From the NCBI RefSeq assembly GCF_000012805.1, contig NC_007484.1, forward strand, positions 3,240,001 to 3,272,000: a stretch of 32,000 nt of DNA, given 5' to 3'. Below are positions 1 through 10,613 of this stretch, in pieces (position 1 is the stretch's first letter; every line of letters starts with the position of its first letter). The position numbers and the translations under genes are program-made. The notes below the pieces were generated by a model. That model was given only the letters and a program-made list of their open reading frames with translations. It had not been told where the DNA came from and did not search any database. This DNA comes from Nitrosococcus oceani ATCC 19707 (GTDB taxonomy: Bacteria; Pseudomonadota; Gammaproteobacteria; Nitrosococcales; Nitrosococcaceae).

Positions 1-1031
1 CCTACCCTATGGAGCTGCCGGGCTGCTTGAGCCATGCTTATGAAAGTAGAGTAATCCGCTCCCAAGCGCTCGATTTCTTGCGCCAGCCGCGAAGGGGATA
101 GCTCCTTTTCCGGTAATAGTAGAGCAGCCCCCGCCACAACAAGATAATCCGCATTAGCTCGTTGATGGTCATCAATTGCTAATGGAAACGGCACCAGTAA
201 CGCGCCAATCCCCGCAGCCATTAACTCTGCCACCGTTAACGCTCCGGCGCGGCACACCACTAGATCAGCCCAGGCATAAGCCGCCGCCATATCATCAATA
301 AAAGGTACTAACCGAGCCTCCACTCCCGCCGCTCGATAAGCAACCACCGCCCCTTCCCACTGCCGAGAACCGCACTGATGCCAAACCTGAGGGCGTACCT
401 TGGTGGGCAACAGGGCCAGTGCCTGAGGAACGGTTTCATTTAATATTCGTGCCCCCTGGGAACCGCCAAGAACTAACAAGTGGAAGCAGCCCTGCCGGGC
501 CTGAAGCCGAGCTCGCGATTCGGAAAGCTGCTCGATACTTTCCCTCACTGGGTTTCCGGTCCATTCAGCCTTTCTCGCGGGAGGAAAAGTGCCGGGAAAG
601 GCTTCCATCACCCGACCGGCCAGCGGAGCCAGCAACCGGTTGGCCGTGCCTACAATCGCATTTTGTTCATGAATCAGCAAAGGCCGCCGCAGTAGCCAGG
701 CTCCCAAGCCCCCTGGCCCAGAAACAAACCCACCTAGCCCCAACACGACCGCCGGCTGCCAGCGGCGCAGAGCACGCAAAGCTTGAGATAAAGCAAGCAA
801 CAATTTGAATGGCGCCCTTAACCAATGGGTTAGACCCTTACCACGCAAACCACCAATTGAAATCCACTCGATAGGATAACCCGCCTTTGGCACCAGCTCG
901 GCTTCCAGCCCATGGCGAGTTCCCATCCATACCACCTCAACCCCCCATGCCCGGAGCCTATCGGCCACCGCCAAGGCGGGAAATATATGCCCCCCCGTGC
1001 CGCCAGCCATGATAAGCACCCGTATTGCCAT
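1..1031 (-). CDS. murG: MurG, undecaprenyl-PP-MurNAc-pentapeptide GlcNAc transferase (C-terminus runs off the left window edge)
   Basis: My own translation of the minus strand from the ATG at 1029-1031 gives MAIRVLIMAGGTGGHIFPALAVADRLRAWGVEVVWMGTRHGLEAELVPKAGYPIEWISIGGLRGKG. This contains the MurG G-loop GGTGGH. The frame stays open to position 1 (about 343 codons). It is absent from the ORF track, presumably because no stop lies in the window. Its ATG overlaps the ftsW stop (TAATG), and it sits in the canonical dcw position after ftsW. Confidence 0.9.
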   Translation of the reverse strand, partial: MAIRVLIMAGGTGGHIFPALAVADRLRAWGVEVVWMGTRHGLEAELVPKAGYPIEWISIGGLRGKGLTHWLRAPFKLLLALSQALRALRRWQPAVVLGLGGFVSGPGGLGAWLLRRPLLIHEQNAIVGTANRLLAPLAGRVMEAFPGTFPPARKAEWTGNPVRESIEQLSESRARLQARQGCFHLLVLGGSQGARILNETVPQALALLPTKVRPQVWHQCGSRQWEGAVVAYRAAGVEARLVPFIDDMAAAYAWADLVVCRAGALTVAELMAAGIGALLVPFPLAIDDHQRANADYLVVAGAALLLPEKELSPSRLAQEIERLGADYSTFISMAQAARQLHRV

Positions 1032-2185
1032 TATTTAATGCCTCTCCGGGCGGTTTTAGGGAAGCGGGTCTCCAGATCCACCCGCAGTATAAGCGCTACT
1101 GCAATGCAGGTGACGATGATGCTACTACCCCCCGCGCTCATAAGGGGGAGAGTTAACCCCTTGGTGGGAAGCACTCCCATATTGACCCCCAAATTGATAA
1201 ACGCCTGTAACCCTATCCAGATTCCGAGACCATAGGCCAGATAAGCACCGAAAACACGACCTGCCCGCTCCGCTGCCCGCCCAATCAGCAAAGCCCGGTA
1301 AACCAGCACGGTAAACAGGGCAATCACAGCTAAACTTCCTACCAAGCCTAATTCCTCAGCCAAAACTGCATAGAGAAAATCCGTATGGGCCTCGGGCAAA
1401 TAGAATAATTTTTGAATACTGTTGCCTAATCCCACCCCAAACCATTCGCCCCGGCCAAAAGCAATCAAAGCCTGGGTCAATTGGTAGCCACTATCTAGAG
1501 GATCAGACCAGGGATCGAGAAAAGAAGTTAACCGCTCCATCCGATAGGGAGAACCCCAAGCTAGGGCAGCGAGTCCCACTCCCCCTATGGCGGCAAGCAG
1601 CACAAAATACCAAAGACGAGCCCCTCCCAGAAACAGCATTCCCAGCATGGTGGCGAACAGAATAACTACCGCGCCAAAATCAGGTTCCAGCAGTAATAGC
1701 AGCCCCACTAGAGTTAATACCCCTACCGGGAAGAAAAACCCCCTTACGGTAGTGCGCACCTCATAACTGCGGCGCACCAAATATCCGGAGAAATAAACCA
1801 CCATAAATAACTTCACTAACTCCGAAGGCTGCAGGCTTATAGGTCCAATAGCCAGCCACCGCCGGCTACCATTGGCCTCTACGCCAATACCCGGCATTAA
1901 CACCAGCAACAATAGCCCCAATCCGAACAGCAACAGCACCGGACCAAACCGCTCCCAAAAGATTAACCGTATCCGCCAAACCACAAAAGCCGCGGCCAAT
2001 CCCATCAATAAAAAGATCCCTTGGCGCCAAAGAAAGCGAGGACCATCGGCAATGGCTAAGGAAGCCGAGCCCACCATCACCCAGCCAAGGCCCGCCAAAG
2101 CCAGCGCTGCCCCAAGCAAATAGAGATCTGGCTGCGATACACTACCGCGAGCCGCTTGCCGGGTAGATAAGAAACGGTTCAACAT
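1031..2185 (-). CDS. ftsW: FtsW, SEDS-family peptidoglycan polymerase / lipid II-associated cell-division protein
   Basis: 384-aa polytopic membrane ORF. The C-terminal SEDS motif reads GVLPTKGLTLPLMSAGGSS. The ATG at 2185 overlaps the murD stop. It lies in dcw order between murD and murG. Confidence 0.9.
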   Translation of the reverse strand: MLNRFLSTRQAARGSVSQPDLYLLGAALALAGLGWVMVGSASLAIADGPRFLWRQGIFLLMGLAAAFVVWRIRLIFWERFGPVLLLFGLGLLLLVLMPGIGVEANGSRRWLAIGPISLQPSELVKLFMVVYFSGYLVRRSYEVRTTVRGFFFPVGVLTLVGLLLLLEPDFGAVVILFATMLGMLFLGGARLWYFVLLAAIGGVGLAALAWGSPYRMERLTSFLDPWSDPLDSGYQLTQALIAFGRGEWFGVGLGNSIQKLFYLPEAHTDFLYAVLAEELGLVGSLAVIALFTVLVYRALLIGRAAERAGRVFGAYLAYGLGIWIGLQAFINLGVNMGVLPTKGLTLPLMSAGGSSIIVTCIAVALILRVDLETRFPKTARRGIK

Positions 2186-3570
2186 GACAAGATCTCCCGT
2201 ACAGCTTGCCTAAACGCTTGACCGCGAGCTTCAAAATCAGCATACATATCGAAGCTAGCGCAGGCAGGCGATAACAGGACGCAATCACCAGATTGGGCCA
2301 AGACATTCGCTTTAACCACCGCCTCATCCATGCTATTAACCCGATAGAGGGGGGGGCCACTGGCTAACACCGCTTCCAACCGGGAAGCATCTTGACCCAT
2401 CAAGACAACTGCCCTGGCCCGCTGGATCAAAGGCTTGGATAAAGGAGAAAAATCCGCGCCCTTGCCGACACCTCCTGCAATAAGTATCAGCTTGCCTTGG
2501 CAGGGAATTCCTTCAATCGCAGCTACCGTGGCACCTACATTGGTTCCTTTGGAGTCGTTGTACCAGCGCACCCCGTTTACCTCTGCCAACCACTCGCAAC
2601 GGTGAGGTAAACCGGAGAATGCCTGTAAAGCCGACAACATCGCAGCGCGAGGCAATCCCACGGCCTCCCCCAGCGCCAGCGCGGCCAAGGCATTGGCTAG
2701 ATTATGGCGCCCAGCTAAAGGTAACCGCCGAGCCGATAGCAGCCGCTCATGGCCGCGGACCAGCCAAGTTTCACCGGCCCGCTCTTGTAAGCCGTATTCA
2801 TCAACAGCCGGCATCCCCAAGGTAAATCGAAGGCAAGGCCGATGGGGTTGGACGAGGCTTGCCACACGAAAATCATCGGCGTTAATAACCATCGTCCCAG
2901 TCCCCCGGTAAATTCTGGCTTTCGCCTGACAATAGGCATCTAGATCGGGGTATCGATCCATATGATCGGGACTGATATTAAGGACGCAAGCAGCAACGGC
3001 ATCTAGGGTATACGTAGTTTCCAATTGAAAGCTGGATAATTCCAGGATATAAAGATCCGGCACCGGCTTTTCTAGCAATTCCAAGGCGGGGGTTCCCAAA
3101 TTGCCACCCGCGAGTACCTGCCTGCCTGCCTGGCGCGCCATCGCTTCAAGAAGCGAGGTCACAGTGCTTTTACCATTAGAGCCGGTGATCCCTATCACGG
3201 GCGCCTTGACATAGGAAGCAAATAATTCAATATCCCCTACCACAGGTATTCCTCTTGCCCGAGCTGCCAGGATTGCTGGCTCACTCAAGGCTACGCCAGG
3301 ACTGACGACCAATTGTTCGGCCTCCGCTATCAGGGCAGCATCAAAACCACCCAGCCGGAGCACCGCATCAGGATTTTGCTCCTGGAGGGCAGCCAGTCCT
3401 GGCGGGGACTTACGACTGTCCATGACTGCTATCGAGAAGCCGCGGCTAGCTAGGAAGCGGGCACTAGATAGTCCGGTTTTGCCGAGACCAAGAATCACGC
3501 TAGTTGCCGCCACTTGGGGCTGTAGGGGTTCATTCAACACGTCACCATCCCGTCCATGAAGAAAAAGCAC
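2179..3570 (-). CDS. murD: MurD, UDP-N-acetylmuramoyl-L-alanine--D-glutamate ligase
   Basis: 463-aa ORF with the N-terminal Rossmann motif ILGLGKTGLS and the Mur ligase P-loop GITGSNGKST. It lies in dcw order. The start is uncertain: position 3570 is a GTG, and in-frame GTGs occur further downstream. Confidence 0.88.
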   Translation of the reverse strand: MLFLHGRDGDVLNEPLQPQVAATSVILGLGKTGLSSARFLASRGFSIAVMDSRKSPPGLAALQEQNPDAVLRLGGFDAALIAEAEQLVVSPGVALSEPAILAARARGIPVVGDIELFASYVKAPVIGITGSNGKSTVTSLLEAMARQAGRQVLAGGNLGTPALELLEKPVPDLYILELSSFQLETTYTLDAVAACVLNISPDHMDRYPDLDAYCQAKARIYRGTGTMVINADDFRVASLVQPHRPCLRFTLGMPAVDEYGLQERAGETWLVRGHERLLSARRLPLAGRHNLANALAALALGEAVGLPRAAMLSALQAFSGLPHRCEWLAEVNGVRWYNDSKGTNVGATVAAIEGIPCQGKLILIAGGVGKGADFSPLSKPLIQRARAVVLMGQDASRLEAVLASGPPLYRVNSMDEAVVKANVLAQSGDCVLLSPACASFDMYADFEARGQAFRQAVREILSC

Positions 3571-3629
3571 TGGCTGAACTTACGGCTCCATTCCTTATAA
3601 TGCCTAGCATTTCTATAGTTTCTATAAAA

Positions 3630-4706
3630 TTAGCGAATTTTCAGGGTTGCTAAGCCAATCAATACCAAGATGACAGTAATAATCCAGAAACGAACAATCA
3701 CTCGAGGCTCCGGCCAGCCCTTAATCTCAAAATGATGGTGTAAAGGCGCCATACGAAAAATACGCCGTCCCGTTAGCTTGTAAGAAGCCACTTGCAGCAT
3801 GACGGACACCGTCTCAACAACAAACACCCCTCCCATAATGAAAAGCACTAGCTCTTGCCGTACTAGAACTGCCAGTATGCCCAAGGCAGCACCTAAGGCT
3901 AAGGCGCCGATATCCCCCATAAACACTTGAGCCGGATAAGCGTTGAACCAAAGAAACCCTAACCCAGCGCCCACCAGGGCACCACAAAATACGACTAACT
4001 CTCCTGCCTCTGGAATGTAGGGAATCCCTAAATACTGAGCAAATCCGCTATGCCCCGCAGCATAAGCAAAGATCCCCAAGGCGCCCCCTACCAGCACGGT
4101 AGGCAGTACAGCCAACCCATCCAGGCCATCCGTGAGGTTAACCGCATTGCTGCTACCGACTACCACAAAGTAGGTCAGCAGAACATAATAGCCCCCCAAA
4201 TTCACCGCAACGTCTTTAAAGAAGGGAACGATCAGCTCGGTCTCCGCCGCCACCGAGGCGGTAAAATACAAAAACAGGGCAACTCCCAAGGCAATCACAG
4301 ACTGCCAGAAATACTTGTACCGGCTCGTTAATCCCCGAGAATCCTTAGCAAGCAGCTTCTTGTAATCATCCACAAATCCCACCCCTCCGAACAGGAGGGT
4401 TACCACCAACACCACCCAAATGTAGCGGTTGCTCAAATCTGCCCACAATAATGTTGCCGCGGCAATAGCCACCAGGATAAGGGCTCCCCCCATCGTTGGA
4501 GTCCCTGCTTTACAAAGATGAGTAGTGGGTCCGTTTGAGCGCACCGGCTGGCCCACAAATTTCAAACGGCGAATCATGGGCGGCCCTACGACAAAAGAGA
4601 TCACCAAAGCGGTCAACACGCCCAAGATAGCCCGCAAGGTCAGGTATTGAAATACATGAAAGCCGCTATCGAAGCGAGCAAGATAGTCGGTCACATATAG
4701 TAACAT
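3630..4706 (-). CDS. mraY: MraY, phospho-N-acetylmuramoyl-pentapeptide transferase
   Basis: 358-aa polytopic membrane ORF with the MraY signatures FVDDYKK and [13 protein letters not shown] and the C-terminal MAPLHHHFE. It lies in dcw order. Confidence 0.93.
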   Translation of the reverse strand: MLLYVTDYLARFDSGFHVFQYLTLRAILGVLTALVISFVVGPPMIRRLKFVGQPVRSNGPTTHLCKAGTPTMGGALILVAIAAATLLWADLSNRYIWVVLVVTLLFGGVGFVDDYKKLLAKDSRGLTSRYKYFWQSVIALGVALFLYFTASVAAETELIVPFFKDVAVNLGGYYVLLTYFVVVGSSNAVNLTDGLDGLAVLPTVLVGGALGIFAYAAGHSGFAQYLGIPYIPEAGELVVFCGALVGAGLGFLWFNAYPAQVFMGDIGALALGAALGILAVLVRQELVLFIMGGVFVVETVSVMLQVASYKLTGRRIFRMAPLHHHFEIKGWPEPRVIVRFWIITVILVLIGLATLKIR

Positions 4707-4710
4707 TGCC

Positions 4711-6075
4711 CTAACCGCTCTCCCCGCTGCTGCTCAAAACCGCGACTATTTGCTCCATACGCATACAGCGGGAGCCCTTTACCAGCAGGGTGATATTAGG
4801 ATGCAACTCCTCTTGCAAAACCTCCAGTAAGGACCGCTGCTCTAAAAAATGCAATGCCCCCCGCCCAAAAGCTTCCGCCGCAAAAGCACCCAGACGACCC
4901 AGGGTATAAAGTCTGTTCACACCCGCTGCCCGAGCCTGTTTTCCCATGATTCGATGCAAAGAGGCCGCTTCTTCTCCAAGTTCGGCAAAATCGCCCAGCA
5001 CCAGGGCACGTTCTCCAGGAAATTTGGCGAGCAATTCCAAGGCTGCTTGAAAAGAGGCAGGGTTGGCATTGTAAGTGTCGTCAAGCAGCCGCATCCCACC
5101 GATTCCCCGGCGGATCTGCAACCGGCCTGGAACAGAGGACAAAGCTGCCAGAGAAGCGCTCAGATGCTGCCGGTCCACTCCCAGGGCAATGGTAGCGGCG
5201 CTTGCCGCAAGGGCATTAAGAACATTATGCCGTCCAGGCAAGGGTAACTGAATCTTAGCCTTGCCGGCAGGAGTAATGAGGGTGAAACAGCTACTCCCAG
5301 TAGAAGCCACTACATGACGGGCCGTTACTTCCGCGGATTTGCTTAAACCAAACCCTATCACCGGCAGCTCGCCTGCCAAATCTCGCCAATAGCTAAAACA
5401 AGGGTCATCGGCATTAAGAATGGCAACGCCTTCTGAGCCCATCCCCTGGAAAATTTCCCCCTTAGCGCGAGCCACTCCCTTGAGATCGCCAAATCCATCT
5501 AAATGGGCTGGCCCCGCATTGGTAATGAGGGCCACCTGAGGACGCGTCAAACGACTCAAATATTCAATCTCGCCAGGCCGGTTAGCACCCATCTCGATTA
5601 CAGCAAAACGATGACTTGTATCGAGCTCCAACAAGGTCAAAGGAACACCGATATCGTTATTAAGATTACCTCGGGTCGCCAATACAGGCTCCCTCCAGCC
5701 TAGGACCGAGGCTATCATCTCCTTAACTGTGGTTTTACCATTGCTGCCGGTCACCGCTACGATGGGACGGACAAAACGCTGGCGCCAGCAGGCTGCTAAC
5801 TGACCTAAGGCGATTCGGGCATCTGCAACCTCAATCTGGGGTAGCGGATCATTAATCGCTTGTTCTAACAGGGCAGCACTTGCCCCTTTTTCCCGCGCTT
5901 GGGCGATAAAGGCATGGCCATCAAAACGCTCCCCTCTCAACGCTACAAACAAGGACCCAGGCACTAAGGAACGAGTATCAGTACTCACCCCGCTCGCAGC
6001 AACATTTGCCCCCTGCAACCGCCCCTGAACTGCAGAAGTTAGTTCTCTCAGACTCATGGCGAATCCCCGCGCCAT
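4711..6075 (-). CDS. murF: MurF, UDP-MurNAc-tripeptide--D-alanyl-D-alanine ligase
   Basis: 454-aa ORF with the Mur ligase P-loop VTGSNGKTT and an [10 protein letters not shown] motif. Its start overlaps the murE stop (ATGA). It lies in dcw order. Confidence 0.92.
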   Translation of the reverse strand: MARGFAMSLRELTSAVQGRLQGANVAASGVSTDTRSLVPGSLFVALRGERFDGHAFIAQAREKGASAALLEQAINDPLPQIEVADARIALGQLAACWRQRFVRPIVAVTGSNGKTTVKEMIASVLGWREPVLATRGNLNNDIGVPLTLLELDTSHRFAVIEMGANRPGEIEYLSRLTRPQVALITNAGPAHLDGFGDLKGVARAKGEIFQGMGSEGVAILNADDPCFSYWRDLAGELPVIGFGLSKSAEVTARHVVASTGSSCFTLITPAGKAKIQLPLPGRHNVLNALAASAATIALGVDRQHLSASLAALSSVPGRLQIRRGIGGMRLLDDTYNANPASFQAALELLAKFPGERALVLGDFAELGEEAASLHRIMGKQARAAGVNRLYTLGRLGAFAAEAFGRGALHFLEQRSLLEVLQEELHPNITLLVKGSRCMRMEQIVAVLSSSGESG

Positions 6076-7634
6076 CAGCGCAACCCTCCTCGCCGCTGCC
6101 GCAAAGCTTCTTGCACCTGCTCCCGATCACTGAAGGGGCGCTGCTCAGCGCCGATCTGTTGATATTCCTCGTGCCCTTTTCCAGCAATGAGTACGATGTC
6201 CTCAGGTCCAGCTAATTGGGTAGCACGGATGATTGCTTCAGACCGGCTCCTAAACTGGTAAACCCTATCTGGATTATGAATGCCGGAGAGAATATCTATG
6301 ATAATTTGGATGGGATCCTCATCCCGGGGATTATCGTCCGTCAGTATCACAAAATCAGCCAGACGCTCAGCTGCCGCCCCCATTAAAGGACGTTTACCGC
6401 GATCTCGATCCCCGCCACAACCAAACACACACCATAACCGGCCTCCTGGACCCAAATGCATCTGTAAGGAGCACAAAACTTGTTCCAGAGCGTCCGGGGT
6501 ATGGGCATAGTCCACTACCAATAAAGGTTCACCTTCCTTCTCGCCAAAAGCCTCCATACGCCCGGCCACTGCCCGAACCTGGGAAAGCCGCTGCAACGCC
6601 TCGGTAAAGGGCATCCCAACCACCAGCAATCCACCAAGAGCGGCCAGCAAATTATAAGCATTAAATCGGCCCAGCAGAGAGCACGTTAATTGCCCTTCAC
6701 CCCAAGCACTTTGAACCGTCATGGCAATACCATAACGGTCACAATGAAGTTCACTGGCCCAAAGATTAGCTTGAGGATTCGTTATTCCGTAGCTAATGGC
6801 CGCTACCTCAGAAGGAAGATTCGCTAAAAAAGCACGGCCTGCGACATCGTCTATATTAATAACGGCATGGCGTAGTTCAGGCTGGTTAAAGAGGCGAAAT
6901 TTGGCGGCTTCATAGCGGACCATATCACCGTGATAGTCAAGATGTTCGCGGCTTAGGTTGGTAAAAATAGCAGTATTAAAAACCACCCCATTGACCCGCC
7001 CCTGTTCCAGGGCATGGGAAGAGACTTCCAACACCGTATAACGGATCCTTGCCGCCGCCATGGCCGCCAATTGTTCCTGCACAGTCACCGCATCCGGGGT
7101 GGTGAGGGGGCTAGGTTGGAGCGTGCCCACCAGCCCCTTGCCCAGGGTTCCCACCAAACCACAAGGAATCCCTTGCCGGTGAAGCGCTTGAGCTAAAAAA
7201 TGGCTAACCGAGGTCTTGCCATTGGTTCCCGTAACCCCCAACACACAAACCTGCCGTGACGGCCGAAGGTAAAAACGATCGGCTATTATTCCTACCCTGG
7301 CGCCTAAATCAGGTAAAGGGATTAATGGTATATTTTGGACCTGTAACCGCGTTTGGATTGCTGGAGAAACGGGAATTACCGGATCATAAACAATCGCAGC
7401 GGCACCTTGATCCACAGCGGCACCGATATGGCCATGGCCTGACCGTTGTGTCCCCTGGCAGGCAAAAAACAGCGCTCCGGGAGCAACCCGACGACTATCC
7501 AGAGATAAGCTACTAATCCGCCGTTCCTGAACTGCCCCAATGGACACCCATTCTGCCAGCAAATCACTTAAACAGCAGCTTCGATCCCTGGATGCCGCCA
7601 CCATTGCTCCACGCTCTCTTGCTGCCGTTTCCAT
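6075..7634 (-). CDS. murE: MurE, UDP-MurNAc-L-Ala-D-Glu--2,6-diaminopimelate ligase
   Basis: 519-aa ORF with the P-loop GVTGTNGKTS and the DNPR motif (LTDDNPRDEDP) typical of meso-DAP-adding MurE. AAGGA lies upstream of the ATG at 7634. Confidence 0.92.
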   Translation of the reverse strand: METAARERGAMVAASRDRSCCLSDLLAEWVSIGAVQERRISSLSLDSRRVAPGALFFACQGTQRSGHGHIGAAVDQGAAAIVYDPVIPVSPAIQTRLQVQNIPLIPLPDLGARVGIIADRFYLRPSRQVCVLGVTGTNGKTSVSHFLAQALHRQGIPCGLVGTLGKGLVGTLQPSPLTTPDAVTVQEQLAAMAAARIRYTVLEVSSHALEQGRVNGVVFNTAIFTNLSREHLDYHGDMVRYEAAKFRLFNQPELRHAVINIDDVAGRAFLANLPSEVAAISYGITNPQANLWASELHCDRYGIAMTVQSAWGEGQLTCSLLGRFNAYNLLAALGGLLVVGMPFTEALQRLSQVRAVAGRMEAFGEKEGEPLLVVDYAHTPDALEQVLCSLQMHLGPGGRLWCVFGCGGDRDRGKRPLMGAAAERLADFVILTDDNPRDEDPIQIIIDILSGIHNPDRVYQFRSRSEAIIRATQLAGPEDIVLIAGKGHEEYQQIGAEQRPFSDREQVQEALRQRRGGLR

Positions 7635-7650
7635 CTGCGTCCTTACTAGC

Positions 7651-9363
7651 TTACCCGCTATTTTCCCGCTCCGCTAAACGCAGGGGAGGCAAATTGTCCG
7701 GTGCAATGTTCAGCAATCGCATTGCCCCGATCATCACTTGAGAAAAAACCGGAGCCGCCACTTGTCCCCCATAGTATTTCCCCTGGGGTTCATCGATCAG
7801 CACCACTGCCGCTAAACGGGGATGGCTGGCGGGGATAAGACCGGCAAATACGGCAAGATACCTTTCCTTGGCATATCCGCCCCGAGTCGCTTTTTTCACC
7901 GTACCTGTCTTACCCGCCACCCGGTAGCTAGGAACATAGGCTCGCTCTCCCGTGCCACCATCACTAATCACCTCTTCAAGCATAGACAACACTGCAGGCG
8001 CAATGCCCTCAGACCACACCTGACGCCCCTTTATGGCCTGTTCTCGATAAAGGAAGCTGACTGGCTTTAGCTCACCTCCCGCCCCTAAAGCTGCGTAAGC
8101 CCGAGCTAACTGCAGCGGGGTTACCGAAAGGCCGTAGCCAAAAGCCAGCGTGGCTTGCTCAATTTCCCGAAAAGGAAAAAAACGAGGATTAGGCAAATGG
8201 CCTTCCGCTTCGCCAGGAAATCCACTGGCTGTTGAAGCCCCTAGCCCCGCTTGGGAAAAACCCTGCCAGAGACGCTGCGGATCGAGGCTTAAGGCAATTT
8301 TACTTGCGCCTACATTGCTTGATTTTTTAATCACTGTGCTGACGTCAATGCGACCATAATTACGAATATCACGAATGGTATAACGTCCTACCCGGAAGTA
8401 ACCGGGTGCTGTATCAATAGGGGTATGGGGATAATACTTTCCCGACTCCAGCGCTATCCCTATCGTGAAAGGCTTGATAGTAGAACCGGGTTCAAATAAA
8501 TCCGTAACTGCCCGATTACGATATAAATGGCTTTTCAGCTGAGAACGATCATTGGGATTGTAAGAAGGCTGATTCACCATCGCTAAAACTTCACCGGTGC
8601 CAACATCCAGAATCACCAATGAACCAGCGCGGGCATTATGGGCCTGAACCGCCGTTTTAAGTTCCCGATAAGCTAAATACTGAAGCCGCAGGTCAATACT
8701 TAAGCGCAGATCTCGTCCCGGCCGCGGGACTCTCAGATTCTCCACATCCTCCACTACCCGCCCACGGCTATCCTGGATAACCCGCTTTTTACCCGGAATT
8801 CCTCGCAGGGTCTCATCAAAAGCCAACTCCAGGCCCTCCTGGCCCCGATCATCAATATTGGTAAACCCCACCACATGGGCCGCTACTGGACCCGCAGGAT
8901 AATAGCGCCGGTATTCCGATTGGAGATTAACGCCGGGGATATCCAGAGCTTGTACTCGCTGGGCCACATCGGGTTCGACCCAGCGATTCAGGTACACAAA
9001 CTCCCGCTCACCTCCTTCTTTTATCCGTTTTTCCAGATGGGCCATGGAAACGCCTGCTGCTTTTGCCAGTGCGCGCCATTGTTCCCTAGCCTTACCTAAC
9101 AGTTGAGGATTGAACCATATCGAAGCCACGGGTGTGCTCACGGCCAAAGGCTCCCCATGACGATCAGTAATGATGCCCCGATGAGCAGGCATCTTCACAA
9201 CCCGAAGGTGACGGGCTTCTCCTTCCCCTCGCAGGAAATCGCAGTCGAGCACTTGCAACTCGATGAGGCGCCAAGCCAGCCCAGCAACGGCCACGGCAAA
9301 AACAAGCCCTACGACCCCTAAGCGGCCAGGATAATCCTTATCGTGTCCTCGTCGGCTTACCAT
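7651..9363 (-). CDS. ftsI: FtsI / PBP3, division-specific class B transpeptidase
   Basis: 570-aa ORF with an N-terminal membrane anchor. All three penicillin-binding motifs are present: STIK (FEPGSTIKPF), SSN (KSSNVG) and KTG (AGKTGTV). It overlaps the ftsL stop. Confidence 0.93.
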   Translation of the reverse strand: MVSRRGHDKDYPGRLGVVGLVFAVAVAGLAWRLIELQVLDCDFLRGEGEARHLRVVKMPAHRGIITDRHGEPLAVSTPVASIWFNPQLLGKAREQWRALAKAAGVSMAHLEKRIKEGGEREFVYLNRWVEPDVAQRVQALDIPGVNLQSEYRRYYPAGPVAAHVVGFTNIDDRGQEGLELAFDETLRGIPGKKRVIQDSRGRVVEDVENLRVPRPGRDLRLSIDLRLQYLAYRELKTAVQAHNARAGSLVILDVGTGEVLAMVNQPSYNPNDRSQLKSHLYRNRAVTDLFEPGSTIKPFTIGIALESGKYYPHTPIDTAPGYFRVGRYTIRDIRNYGRIDVSTVIKKSSNVGASKIALSLDPQRLWQGFSQAGLGASTASGFPGEAEGHLPNPRFFPFREIEQATLAFGYGLSVTPLQLARAYAALGAGGELKPVSFLYREQAIKGRQVWSEGIAPAVLSMLEEVISDGGTGERAYVPSYRVAGKTGTVKKATRGGYAKERYLAVFAGLIPASHPRLAAVVLIDEPQGKYYGGQVAAPVFSQVMIGAMRLLNIAPDNLPPLRLAERENSG

Positions 9364-9638
9364 TTCATAAGTGTGATAATGACCACTTCGCTTGGGTTCG
9401 GCACAACCATCCCAAGCCGTTCATGAGCCAAGTGTTCCACCCGCCCCTGCCTAGCCAATGTACTTTGTTCCAGAAGTAAACGCCCCCATTCCTCATCTAA
9501 TTGATCCCTTACCTTATAAAAGCTCTGTAACTCCATAAATAGCTTGCGGTTCTCATGCTTGACATAAACCACGGCCACGCCCGAACCTATAACCAAGGCA
9601 CTTAATACCGCTACTAACAACCAGCGCGCCAGGACCAT
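9357..9638 (-). CDS. ftsL: FtsL, cell-division protein
   Basis: 93-aa ORF with a single N-terminal TM helix (WLLVAVLSALVIGSGVAVVYV) followed by a coiled-coil-like stretch. It occupies the conserved position between rsmH and ftsI. Confidence 0.85.
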   Translation of the reverse strand: MVLARWLLVAVLSALVIGSGVAVVYVKHENRKLFMELQSFYKVRDQLDEEWGRLLLEQSTLARQGRVEHLAHERLGMVVPNPSEVVIITLMKW

Positions 9639-9648
9639 GAACGCTCCG

Positions 9649-10596
9649 CTAATACGTCTGTTTCTCCGCTACCCGTAGCCGTGCGCTACGGGCTCGAGGA
9701 TTATGGGCAATCTCTTCTGGGACCGGCCAAATCGGCTTACCTAATACTTTCAGGCTAGCTTGCTGAAAATCCTTCTGCATGACTGGTAGATCCGGGGGCA
9801 GCTCTTCCCCCCGGGCTTTCTCTCTAAAAAAACGTTTAACGATTCGATCCTCTAGAGAATGAAAACTTATCACCGCCAAACGTCCCTTGACCGCAAGCGC
9901 CGCCAGCGCCTGCTCAAGCGCGGCGCGCAGTTCTTCCAATTCATGGTTGATAAAAATACGGATTGCTTGAAAGGAGCGGGTCGCAGGATGCATCCTTCGT
10001 TCCCAACGGGGAATAGCTTTGGCTACGACTTCAGCCAGTTGCTTCGTGCGAGTCAGAGAATTGAGTTCTCGGGCCTGGATAATGGCTCGGGCAATGCGTC
10101 GGCAATAGCGCTCTTCTCCATAAACCCTAAGAACCTCTGCGATCTCTTTTTCTTTAGCATTAGCAAGCCATTCGGCCGCGCTTTGTCCCACTGTTGGATT
10201 CATGCGCATATCCAAAGGCCCATCCCGTAAAAAACTAAAACCTCGCTCAGCACTCTCAAGCTGGGGAGAAGAAACACCCAGATCAAACAACACTCCATTT
10301 ATCCTTTTTAACCAGCCCCGCTCCGACACTACCCGGGCCAAATCTCCGATAGAAGCCTGAACAATGGTAAAACGCCCGTCCTTTTGGGCTAGGGCATGAC
10401 CCGCAGCGATAGCTGCTGGATCTTTATCCACGCCCAGCAAGCGTCCTTCGCTGGACAGCGCAGCTAAAATTGCCTGGGCATGGCCGCCACGGCCAAAAGT
10501 ACCGTCTATATATAGGCCATCTCTCCGAATGGCCAAGGCTTGAATAGCTTCTCGCAGCAGCACAGGTTGGTGGCTTGAGATTTCATTGTTATCCAT
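9649..10596 (-). CDS. rsmH: RsmH (MraW), 16S rRNA m4C1402 methyltransferase
   Basis: SAM-binding motif DGTFGRGGH and the conserved PVLL near the N-terminus. I place the start at the internal ATG at 10594-10596 (MDNNEISSHQPVLLREA), 17 nt after the mraZ stop. The track ORF reaching 10707 would overlap mraZ by 94 nt. Confidence 0.9.
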   Translation of the reverse strand: MDNNEISSHQPVLLREAIQALAIRRDGLYIDGTFGRGGHAQAILAALSSEGRLLGVDKDPAAIAAGHALAQKDGRFTIVQASIGDLARVVSERGWLKRINGVLFDLGVSSPQLESAERGFSFLRDGPLDMRMNPTVGQSAAEWLANAKEKEIAEVLRVYGEERYCRRIARAIIQARELNSLTRTKQLAEVVAKAIPRWERRMHPATRSFQAIRIFINHELEELRAALEQALAALAVKGRLAVISFHSLEDRIVKRFFREKARGEELPPDLPVMQKDFQQASLKVLGKPIWPVPEEIAHNPRARSARLRVAEKQTY

Positions 10597-10613
10597 AGGG
10601 GCATTTTCCGTTC

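Noticed and set aside
419-1235. Plus-strand ORFs 419-808, 480-695 and 912-1235
   Set aside because: They are antisense to the clearly recognisable murG and ftsW coding sequences. They encode Pro/Arg/Ala-rich low-complexity products typical of antisense frames in GC-rich genes. The same reasoning applies to the other short ORFs nested inside the mur, fts, ure and transporter genes throughout the window.
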